A DNA stretch of 64,000 bases from Lingula anatina (taxonomy: Eukaryota > Animalia > Brachiopoda): NCBI GenBank assembly GCA_051362555.1, contig CM120641.1, positions 20,646,001 through 20,710,000 on the forward strand, read 5' to 3'. Position 1 is the stretch's first letter; each line of letters starts with the position of its first letter. Shown here in pieces: positions 53,418 to 64,000 of the stretch. The translations under genes and the position numbers were made by a program. Below the pieces are notes generated by a model. The model did not search any database, was not told where the DNA came from, and worked only from the letters and a program-made list of their open reading frames with translations.

Positions 53418-56219
53418 ATTAAGATCTAACAAACGTTAACAAATTACTGCACGAAGCATTGCATTGCAAGTGGATGTGAAGGATGTACGTGTGCTGTCAC
53501 AACTACCACACTCATTCGCATCACGACGCACTGCGGACCCAGGGAACACAAAGATTAAAATTTTAATTGTACGTAGCTTCATAAATATAAAGCAACAGAC
53601 TATGGCAATTTAACTATGTCACGTTTGGATGGAAAAATTATTGAATTTTGCCTCATTTTATATTCCGAATTTTTTCTCGCTATAGGCCTTCTCCCCCATC
53701 CCCTGGATGATCGATCTATTTTTTCATAAAACTGCAGTCTTCTGAACTTAACCTGAGTTTAACTGGACGACTAAAAAAGATAAAGATAAAATGTTAGGAA
53801 TGATAATAATGGCACTAGCAATCTACTTGAAAGTTGGATAGCGGTTGAAGACTGGAGAAAGCAATGAACTAAAAAATGAAACAAAATTTTTCAAAGAGAC
53901 TTTTGGAAGACATTCATCTGGTCCCAAAATTTAAATGCTTGTTAACATACATTTTCTCCATAGAGCTGTATCCACGCACAGACATGTAATTATATTTTAT
54001 TTATATATGTTTTATATGTTTTATTCTTTCACTCTCAAATAGCCACTTGGGGGCGCCACTGTCATCAATATGCTGTAAATTCTAACGCTGGGGATGTCGT
54101 AAAGAGTGATATATGCACATTTTGATATTTTATTTTTGTATTTTATGAAAAAATACGTTTAAAACTAATTAATGATATTTATTCTTCGCACCATCTTTAC
54201 GTAAAGAAGTATTTATAGGGAACAAGCATGTATGTGGCGATAATTTTTAATTCGGATAACTAAGCATGCCTCCCCCCTCCCCAGTTAACATTGGCACAGT
54301 GTCCTTGAATCTTGTCGACATGTAGTTACGTTGTCATATCCCAGACCATTTGACTGACTTGTTCTCGTACATTTGTTTACTTATCCACATTGAAGACTAT
54401 TGGCTCTTTAGATGCTCACGGTGCAATTGCGGTTCGGACGTTGTTTTGTAAAAAAAGAAAACAGTTGTTGTGTGAATATCTGGTAAAAAAAACTCTATGG
54501 CTGTAGTTGAAGGTAATGGCTGCTTCAGGCACGTTTAATAAAAAACTGATAGAGTTGGTTGGAGGGGAGCGTGGAATTTTCCATAACTTTTAGGCGGTGA
54601 TGGGGGGAGGACTTCATTTTCAAGACACCTTCATTTCATGCAGGAATGATTATGATAAAATTAAGGAAAGACTACTTTTCTTTACGATATAAGTCTACAT
54701 TTATTTGAACATATCCAACATTTTTTCTTTGCTTCAATTTCTCAGAAGTGCTGTTATGTCGGTTGGCCCATAGCATTAAAATAATCATTATATAAAGGTA
54801 ATACCTGCATTCCCAGCTATTAGGCTAACCTTATCTAATAAATAAAATTGGCAAAAATTTTGAAAAAAAATACCGCCACAGTCTAAGAGCGCCGCCATCT
54901 AAGTGGTCATTTTGAAAATTAATAAATCAAATGCGTTTCGGGGTTTCTCGATTGACCATAGTCTTGTGGCCTTTGTCCTCGTTTATGGCTAGATGATATG
55001 AAATATTTTTCAACAAAACCATGCTCCCCTTGTGCCATCCATATTTTAAAATCGTATAGGACAAAAAAAGATTAAATTTTTGCTAATTTCTTTCATTTTC
55101 TCAAAACAATATCTATTCTGTGAGATCAAAAGATATTATGAGACCGCTTTAAGCCTGGGACTATTTCGTTAAGTCACACTGGGAGGGGAGAATATGGTGA
55201 AAAATTATAAGCTTCAAGGTTGACTGGGTAATGAATACTCTTATGGCTCATATATTTGGATGAAAACAAATCCACAGGGGCCCTATGCCCCCCTCACCCC
55301 CACCCCCTCTCCCTGAAGCACTTAGCCTACCGTGCAACTGCGCACACTGTATATGTTCTTTCCCGGCTGTATTCGTGATTGGCATTGAGTTATTTCTCCT
55401 ACACATAGATTAAAAGGCTATCGTCTTGACCTTAACCAATTCTGCATCCTTCTTAATACACACCTAGATATGTTATGGGACTCAGGCGGTAAATGCTTTA
55501 TCCGGTTTTAGGAATGTTTTTCGGTAAAATGCGAGTATTTTTCTCTCCCGAGCGATAAATTCCAGAACACCTCGAGCGTCACACATACGATCAATTTTTT
55601 TTTTTTTTTGACAATTTGATACACACACATTTAAATTTTTTAATTTCCAATCATTATTTCAAGGGTTGCAACAAACAGCTTTTCATCGAGTTTGCAAACT
55701 GGGAGCTCGGTATAACTACTGACGGTAATGGTGTTAAATTCCATGTAAACACAACCATCTGCTATATATCCTCCACACTTGAATCTTTTTCTACTGAAAA
55801 AAAAACTATTTTGATTGAAAGGCATTTGTAAAACACGCAAATATAAAATAATTTATCACAGAAATATTTTTAATTTGATTGCTTAGTATTGCACCCCTTG
55901 TTATACATTTGCGCATGAACTATCGCAACTAGATCATATTAAAACATACACTGCATAAATTTAACGGTTTTAAATATGATAAGAGTGGTAAAGTAGGCGA
56001 GCATTTTCACCCAAAATATTATTTCAAATGAAGACAGCTTTTCTTATCAAAAGACGAACAGTTTATCAGGTTTGGGATTTGAAACAGGTGCCTGTTTTCA
56101 CCATCAGGTCAGCTCGTGATACGTGGTAGGCGTACGGTGGGTACTTATACCGACGTGAAGCGTCGGCACTGCACGAGTCTCTCCCAGTCATTTAAACCAA
56201 ATTGAAGGACGTCGTCAAG

Positions 56220-58502
56220 ATGTGGAAAGTAGTCATCGCCTGTGCCCTGCTGGCAGGTAGATATCTTATGTTTATATATTTATTCATTTATTTATTTTAT
56301 CGAAAACCCTAAATCAATACATATTTTCCATATTCATTCCATTTCATATTGTTATGCAGTATGTGTGGAGAAAAAAGCGGACGCTGACAGTGTGCAAAAT
56401 ATATATTTAATTTACCTCATTCCCAGTTGTTCAAAATATTTTTCTGCAGTTGCCGCTGCCCAGGAGCCAACCCGTAGCCCGAAACCAACAAGGTCACCAA
56501 AGCCCGATCCTTGTGAGACAGACTGCAACAATCTCCCGGCCAAGTTTCAGAGGGAAAGAAAGCTTTGCGATACCAACGGCAAAGTGTACAATAGCTTGTA
56601 AGTTTTTGATAATTAGTGTAGTATAAATAATGACCTGTCAAATAGAAATCTAGACTGTCTGTTGAAATTGAGTTCTTCGAGGTGACTAAATAGCCTGGAT
56701 GCAGTGCGCGTGCGTGCGCGCTTGCTTTTTTTACAAAGTTCAAAGTTCTTTCTTTTCAGTATTTTAGGCCAGCAGGCCAAGAGTAAGACTTCCATTCTAT
56801 TTGATCACATTGTGCATTGTGCAAAATAACTATTATAATATACATCAACAGATTCATATATAAACATATAGTTAAATCAATACCATGTCTCTATACACTT
56901 CTAAATATATCATTAGAGCTTTTCAGATTTCTATCAATATTCTATGTCTTTTTTACGTTTTTTAGTAAAAAAGACATATTACTAATAAACAGCGGATCCA
57001 GAGAAGGGCACGGGGGTGGGGGGGGGGGGAGGGCACCTACCATCTCCTTAATTTGCGTGCCCTCCCCTCCCCCCTCCAAATAAAAAAGTACAAAGACATT
57101 GTTTAGAGCAAAACGAGACAAAATCAAATATTTTTCAATCTCTGTACACTGCATTTTATAGTAAAAGAAGTCGTCAACTGTTGTATTTAGGAAATTCAAT
57201 TTTGGTATTTTGAAAATTTTTAATTCTCTCGGCCAGGTGCGAGTTTGTGAAAGCACGCTGTGTTGATGCCACTCTGAAGAGAGGGAAATGCCAGACAGTG
57301 GACGTTGCTGCTACTACTGAGCCAAAACCGACTAGGTCTCCAAAGCCTACCAGGTCACCAAAGCCAAACAAGTTCGATAGAAAGTGCATGCAGTACAATA
57401 GCTTGAACTGTGAGAACTTTCCCAAAAAGGAAGTTTGTGACCAGAATGGCAACGTGTATATGAACAAGTAAGAATTCTTCTTAGATTAATCCCCTCTCTC
57501 TCTCTCTCTCTCTCTCTAAAAATTACATGACTTGAAGGAAGATATTAGTTCAAAAACAATAACTGTTATGAATCTGCCCCTCACCTTTACGTATTAACAT
57601 AGTAACTGACTTCATGAAAAAATCCATGTTTAAAGAATGCAATGATTTAATTGTAACAATTTCCCGCTAGGTGTGGGCTGGTCAAAGCTCAGTGTGGGGA
57701 CAATCAAATTCGTATGCGCAGGTGTCCCAAGCCAACCGATGCTCCAACTGACGGCTCCGGTGAGGAAGTCCCAGCCTTCAAGCGTAGCAAAGGAAGCAAG
57801 CCTAGTTCATCTGAATCATTGGTAAAACCAGAGAAAGTCAGACCACAAAAGCAAAAGCCAAGCAAGTTGGACAAACCAGAGAAGACCCCCAAAACCCCAA
57901 TCGACGGCTCTGGATCTGGTGAAGAACTGGTAAAACCAGAGAAAGTCAAACCAAGCAAGGAGGCCAAACCAAACAAGGAGGCCAGGCCAAGCAAGCAATC
58001 CAAACCTGCTTCTGGTGAAACACTGGTAAAACCAGAGAAAGTCAGACCACAAAAGCAAAAGCCAAACAAGGAGGAAAAACCAGAGAAGACACCCAAAACC
58101 CCAATCGACGGCTCTGGATCTGGTGAAGAACTGGTAAAACCAGAGAAAGCCAAACCAAGCAAGCTCGCCAAACCAAGCAAGCAATCCAAACCTGCTTCTG
58201 GTGAAACACTGGTAAAACCAGAGAAAGTCAGACCACAAAAGCAAAAGCCAAGCAGAAAGGAAAAACCAGAGAAGACCCCCAAAACCCCTATCGACGGCTC
58301 TGGATCTGGCGAAGAATTGGTAAAACCAGAGCAAGTTAAACCAAGCAAGCAAGGGAAACCAAGCAAGCAAGCCAAACCAGATAAGCACGCCAAACCAAGC
58401 AAGCAGGGCAAACCAAGCAAGCAGAAAGGAAGCAAAACCAGCGAAACCCTTGTGAGCGAAGTGAAACCACAAGTCGTCGAAACTATTCTTACTCTGCCAT
58501 AG
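56220..58502 (+). CDS. Secreted protein, 415 aa: signal peptide, two Kazal-type domains, Lys/Pro/Glu/Ser-rich tandem-repeat tail
   Basis: Exons 56220-56256, 56450-56597, 57237-57467, 57671-58502; GT-AG introns, phases 1/2/2 consistent. Signal peptide MWKVVIACALLAVAAA|QE. Kazal 1: CETDC...LCDTNGKVYNSLCEFVKARC...C. Kazal 2: CMQYNSLNC...VCDQNGNVYMNKCGLVKAQC...C. AATAAA at 58653. Confidence 0.9.
57819..58430 (+). repeat. Coding minisatellite: three units (starts 57819, 58023, 58209; periods 204 and 186 nt) built from 18-nt KPxKxx subunits
   Basis: Repeated LVKPEKVRPQKQKP...KPEKTPKTPIDGSGSGEELVKPE; units differ by one 6-aa subrepeat. Confidence 0.92.
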
Positions 58503-58698
58503 AATGTGTATTGAAATGAATTTTTGTTCGTATCATCTCGTTTACATATTTAGGACTTACATTTTTTGAATACAAAGAGAACATTAAGTAAAACTCTCGA
58601 CCATGATCATTTCTGATTAAAGTCGTGTTCTTGTCACCTTCATTATAAGTGCAATAAATTCACACAGGCTCTACATATTTGTCCTTTGATTTAAATGG

Positions 58699-58704
<6 letters not shown>

Positions 58705-58747
<43 letters not shown>
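58705..58747. repeat. (CT)n(CA)n compound microsatellite
   Basis: Direct inspection. Confidence 0.9.
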
Positions 58748-59663
58748 TATAAAATCGAACTTTAAAAAAAGTCAAAAGGAAAGGTTTATTGAAGAGGCAG
58801 TATGCGATATTGTTTTGTCTTCTTTTTAGATACCTTATAATAATATCCTAAGGGTCATTTAATATATATTTATATGAAGTTACAAGCCTTTGCTTAAAGA
58901 TAAAAATGCAAAGAGTATATGTAACAGATCACCCGGCTTTAATGAACAAGGGGGTTGTTATGCCTTTAATCTGCAAATTATCAAACATTTTTGAATTTAG
59001 AAAACGACGACGCGGAAATGGATATGAACTATTGAGGACCTCAAGAAAATTCGTCGATTATTTCACTTCGCACCAAAATCACGCGCCTGGTACCTATGGA
59101 ACATAATATAATTATTATATTGATATTTGCAATTTTATTTAACACTTGGAAGATATTATGCTCGGTGTATGATCGAGATGGCGAGAGCTGGTGGTCAGCG
59201 TGTGATGGACGAGCGGAAACGCTGTTGTGACCTAGCGAAGCAATGGGTTGAAGAATTTGCACGGTTGATATATGGACAAAATCATGGAATTCTTGAGGAA
59301 AAAATCTATTCAGCAATTCATTCTCGTGCAATTAAATTAAGTTTTAATGTGAACGCACAGACAACAAACGCCCCTTTGGTTGGAAGAGTTCATGTTGCGT
59401 CCAGGTAAGAAGTGTGATGGTGTTATGGGAACGACAAAACTGATTCAGTTTACGTACACAGTCTCGCCATGACTTAGCAAACTGCTAACAATTCTAAGTC
59501 GTTGTTCAAATAACAACCCTAATGAAGGGAAATTCAATGCAGTGATCTAAACGTCAATATTCAAAACGCCGTTGATATTATTATCATATCGAGACAGGTT
59601 TAAGGCAACCGAAAAACTGCGAGGTTCTCAGTTTCTGATAGACATATAGGGATACATTTGACC

Positions 59664-61485
59664 ATGCCGGTTGATTTGTACTTGTTTCAGTTAAGTCCCC
59701 CTAGCCTGGCTGTCCGTATGGCCTGCAAGGCAGCGGAAGTGGACGTGAATATTAAATGGATAAACACATTTAAGAAAGAGCAAATGACTGAGGAGTACCT
59801 TAAGGTAAGATTACAACTGCAGTTTCTTGGCATTTGATGCTTAAGTATAGTGTATTCTCCTCATAGGATTACACTAATAAAACAGAATAGAATAATTTCA
59901 TTTATGCTTAACTTCAAAATAAGATTACGCTTTTGTTAATTTTATTGCCTATTTTTATGATAGCTGAAAATTCAGCACTTGTAAAGGTTTAGTGGTCCTA
60001 TAATCAAAAAGAAAAAACACTTCCCTCAACAAATTGTAAATAAAATGTAATAAGGGGAAATCTCTCATGCCTTTGACCTATTCCTTTGGGTTTCACTGAT
60101 GTTTTCTTTTTACAGATAAATCCAGACCATACGTGTCCGACTATAGTTGACGATGGCTTTTGTCTGTGGGAAAGGTGGGTGCAAATTCGTATTTTTAATG
60201 AACAGGCCACGCCACATTGTAATCGTTCTGTAGTCTATTGTATAGGACTTCATTGTCGGTTTGTCTACATTTATAGTGTATAAAGTAGTGTGTATAGTTT
60301 CCCCTAGTAAGAGTGTGAAGCCCAAAAAGAGGTCGTAGTTTTTTTCTACTGATCCAAAATCAAATTACACCTTTCTTTCATTTTTTTTCAATTCTTTAAT
60401 AATATAAAGGATAATTATATAAAGAAGAGGAAAGTTGTCTCGTTGGGGTGCTGCCAATGAGAAGTGCAACGTAGGAGCAAGATAATGGCTGAAATATCGT
60501 TTCACGAACACCTCTCCTTTACAACATACAAATAAACATTATGCATTTTGTTAAGAAGGAATAATAAGGACAGCTTAACACTTGCCCTGTTGCCCAGGTC
60601 GCTTTTAAAATGGTATGATCTTGTTCACAACGTCTTCAAAATTGTGATACTGTCAGTTCGAAGTCTGCACCTGAAAATTTCATTCGACTTTCTCTTTTAC
60701 GAATATTACATTTGTAATTCAAGAGTCAGAAACTGGATATAACAACTTTTATCACATTTGGTATCAGATATTACATTGATCTCCTTTCAGCAAAGCTATC
60801 ATGCCATATCTGCTTGAGAAGTACGGAAAGAACGAGTCGCTCTACCCAAAGGACATCAAGCAGAGGGCAATAATCGACAGGGCCTTGATGTTCAATGCCA
60901 TCACATTTACACCTAAGGTTTACGGAGTGGTAAGTTTGAAATAAGCTCTTCGTGTGCTGTGGGCAGGAAAACAGAAAGTTTCATTGGTCTTCGTCTTCTT
61001 ATATCCCTAGTTTATATAATTATTTTCGTCGCCTACTAACGCTTTAAGTTGATAATTAATTATGAAACATGTTGAAGTGGTTCGCGGGAAAAATGTCCTG
61101 ATACGTGCTTTAAAAAAAATCATCAAGAATTCATTTTTTGTTTAAGTTAACTGCACCTTTATTCTTCACCTCTCCCTTTCAGTTGCTACCAAGACTGGCT
61201 AAAAACGAGGTTTCTGAGGAGGCAGAGAAGGAGTTTAAAGAAAAAGCAATGGACAAACTCAATCGGGACCTGGAGGGAAAACAGTTCATCGCGGGAGACA
61301 ACCTCACGATCGCCGACTTTGCTTTCTGGGGGCTGATCACTCTATTAGGGCTCTTTGATATTGATACAAGTCCTTGGAGTAACATATGCTCTTGGGCAGA
61401 GCGCATGAAGGCGTTACCTTATTATGAAGAGTGCCATAAAGAGCTCTTTGAATTCTGGGAAGAAATGAAAAAGGTGGAATCTTAA
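59664..61485 (+). CDS. Cytosolic glutathione S-transferase, theta/delta-epsilon-like, 213 aa
   Basis: Exons 59664-59804, 60116-60174, 60791-60929, 61183-61485; phases 0/2/0. Motifs [45 protein letters not shown], LYPKD...RAIIDRAL.F and FIAGDNLTIADF. AATAAA at 61775. Confidence 0.95.
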
Positions 61486-62541
61486 ATGACTTGACACAAA
61501 GAACTAGCAAAGTACATGTACCACGAGAGTGACGATGGAGCATGAACAAGGAACAACTGAAAGAACCATTTTGTTATATTTAAAAAGGACTAAAATTTAC
61601 TCTTTTCAAGAGGAAAGTGTGCTTCCTTCAAGATCTGCATCGTCCTGTAAACATGTTATCTGTGATCAGACTGATATCTTATATGCGATGCTAAACTTTA
61701 AAAAGACTCATTTTGTATTCTCGAGGATATATTCTTTAATATATGTGCGTAGTTTTTCTAGTTATATCAATGAAAATAAAGTATACAAACCCTTAAAGTT
61801 CCTATATTCTTACTCCTTACAATTTGAAAAAAAAATTCTGTCAATGACGATGGAAATGAAGTAGGTGGAAATGAAAATGATACTTCCGAACGGATTTACG
61901 TGCCTCGTATTCAATATCCCCCCTGCATTACAAAATCGTTGTTTCCCAATGAATAGATCATCGTTTCTTCCAAGAATTCACGACTTACTCTTCAAAAAGA
62001 AGTTAGTGGGCTGCCATTAACATCAAATCCACTTCCAAAACGACAGAGAGAGATTTAAAAAGTAAAATATGAATAAAACTGCAATACTTTAAATAATGTT
62101 GCAAAGTAAAAATAGCAGAAAAGGAAGAAATAAAAATTTTAAAAATCGGTTATCTTGTAAAAAACGCTCGGCTGTGTATAGTCAAGGTTTTTATTTCTTT
62201 GGCAAAATCGAATTTCCTATTGAGGATACTGGTGCCGAAATAAAAAAATGAGAACAGTAGTCCAGCCACCTTTACCCCTTTTAAGAGGAGGATTGGTACC
62301 GCCTTGGTAACATCCTGAGTTAATCCAAAGACACACAACGACTGTCGCCTGAACACACATTTCCAACAAATAGACCACCTCTCAATGTAAGCATGGTGCG
62401 AGGCAGTAGAGTTCACAACAAAACATAGTTGTTAGGGCAATTGCAAAACAGTGATTAGACAGAATTGATCTTAAGACAAGCGGCATTTGCATTTTTAGAT
62501 TTCAACGAACGCGACTCTTCATCTTTAACGATATTTTCGAT

Positions 62542-63338
62542 ATGGGGTGTAACAACAGCAAAGGGACCACGGCGTCGGATCCCAAGACAACACCTGCCCC
62601 AAGGAAAGACACCAAACCGGCTCCTGCAGCCACGCCTGCTCAGTCTCAAGATGCTCCTCAGAAGACCGAAAATACCGAGAAAACTGAAGACACCCAGCAA
62701 ACGAAATCTGCGGCAGAGGATGATACCGTCGCCAAAGTCGAAGAATGTGAAGGGGAGGTCTACGACCCTAACTGCCCAGTCCTATATATCAATAAGGTCG
62801 ACCCGCAATCTATTGCTTGCATGATGCTGCTTAGCGAGACAGGAATCAAGGTTAACATAAAACATGTTGACCTTTTCAAAGACGAACACAAACAGGACTA
62901 TTTTCTTAATGTGAGTGTCCAGTGTCTGTATGTCCAGTAACTGCGCAACAAGATGTAAATGATATTGGAGCCTTTTTTAAATGTCAGCTCCATAAAACAG
63001 TGATACTTTAAAATTTAGAATGTAGTTAGTACTTGAGTTATTCAAACTAGAGATTTGGATGTTATATGCTACGATTTTTCTTTCTAGTTTTTATGTTAAT
63101 TTGTCGAGATGAGCGTTTTTAACAATGGTGCTTTAACTAACCACTCATAGGCAAATATATACGCCTTATCACTACGATGATATTACACGAAAAAGGTACC
63201 AAATATATACACGTTGTTATAGCCCTGTGGTATTTTTTCAAGTATAATTTATATTTTCATATCTTCATTTGTTTTTTAGATAAATCCCGAACACTGTGTC
63301 CCTACTTTGGTGGATGGTGATTTTGTCCTTTGGGAAAG
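62542..63338 (+). CDS. Second GST paralogue (partial, 3' end beyond the window) with N-terminal MGCxxS acylation motif and ~75-aa linker
   Basis: Exons 62542-62910 and 63280-63338 have the same intron positions and phases, and the same 59-nt second exon, as the upstream GST. Translation ...VLYINKVDPQSIACMMLLSETGIKVNIKHVDLFKDEHKQDYFLN|INPEHCVPTLVDGDFVLWE. Confidence 0.9.
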
Positions 63339-63960
63339 GTAAATATATGTATAATGGTGTGGAACTCTTCATGTCTGTGAGCTCATTACCATCAGTATAT
63401 TAAAGCATAAAACACAAAACAGGGGGTAATCATCTAAGTTTTAGTCATAAAACTATGTCATAGTTTAAGTTATGTTTTATTTTATTATATTTATTTTATT
63501 TTATTTTTTATTTTTTACCACTGCAGCCACCAATAAAAGAAATAGATAATTGAAAAAATATATAATGAAGTTAAATTTTTGAAAAATACTCCAAAAATTT
63601 CAATTTGTAGGCCTATCCTAAATACAAGGATCACGTTCCCCATTTCTTCCATTCAAGTCACAGGCTTTGAAAGTGCATAGATACTTTGTGGTGAACACGC
63701 ACGCTTAGTATGCATTATTCATATAAACAAATAAGAACTCAAAACATTCCAATATTGCGGACCATTCAGATCCGTTTTTTCTTATTTGCGCGATCAAATT
63801 TCTTCGATTCTTCGAAGGAACCATGAATGTCAACCAAATTAGACGTTTGAAAAGAGTACATCTGTGCATGTATCAGTTTGCATACGAGAATCAAATCAAT
63901 TTGGATGCTTTTTTTTCTTCTCCATTAGTTACTGCCTTCATACAAAATTACTTAATCGAC

Positions 63961-63982
63961 ACACACACACACACACACACAC
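63961..63982. repeat. (AC)n microsatellite
   Basis: Direct inspection. Confidence 0.9.
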
Positions 63983-64000
63983 GCGCGTATATTCACACAA

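Noticed and set aside
57704-58472. Long minus-strand hydrophobic ORFs (243 and 218 aa) resembling membrane proteins
   Set aside because: Antisense reading of the Lys/Pro repeat exon; the plus frame is the one spliced to the signal-peptide and Kazal exons.
62455-62824. Alternative-frame ORFs (119 aa plus, 81 aa minus) over the second GST
   Set aside because: Overlap the GST frame, which is supported by homology and conserved intron positions.
1-64000. CRISPR arrays, rRNA/tRNA genes, autonomous transposase or reverse-transcriptase ORFs
   Set aside because: No repeat-spacer array, RNA-gene signature or long TE ORF was seen; the window is spliceosomal eukaryotic DNA. A covariance-model search was not possible, so small ncRNAs cannot be excluded.

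Overview
AT-rich, intron-rich eukaryotic DNA from an invertebrate animal; the repeat types would fit a lophotrochozoan such as a mollusc, but the taxon cannot be fixed from sequence alone. Manual splicing on GT-AG sites with phase checks gives five genes. (1) The 5' end of an unidentified minus-strand gene: probable first exon near 21.75 kb, first coding exon 11873-11950, remainder probably left of the window. (2) A complete 16-exon minus-strand gene (50972 to 23555, about 1068 aa) with an N-terminal calponin-homology (CH) domain, a long disordered middle, a coiled coil and a C-terminal SAM domain. (3) A 4-exon secreted protein (56220-58502, 415 aa) with two Kazal-type domains and a Lys/Pro-rich tandem-repeat tail carrying DGSG(SG)EE motifs. 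(4) A complete theta/delta-like glutathione S-transferase (59664-61485). (5) A tandem GST paralogue (from 62542, running off the window) with an MGCxxS dual-acylation N-terminus, a ~75-aa linker and Asp in place of the catalytic Ser. Introns carry a ~2.7 kb Helentron-associated (HINE/pearl-like) element nested in an older MITE, several PIF/Harbinger-like MITEs and microsatellites. No rRNA, tRNA, CRISPR or prokaryotic features were seen. All exon calls are by eye and lack transcript support.
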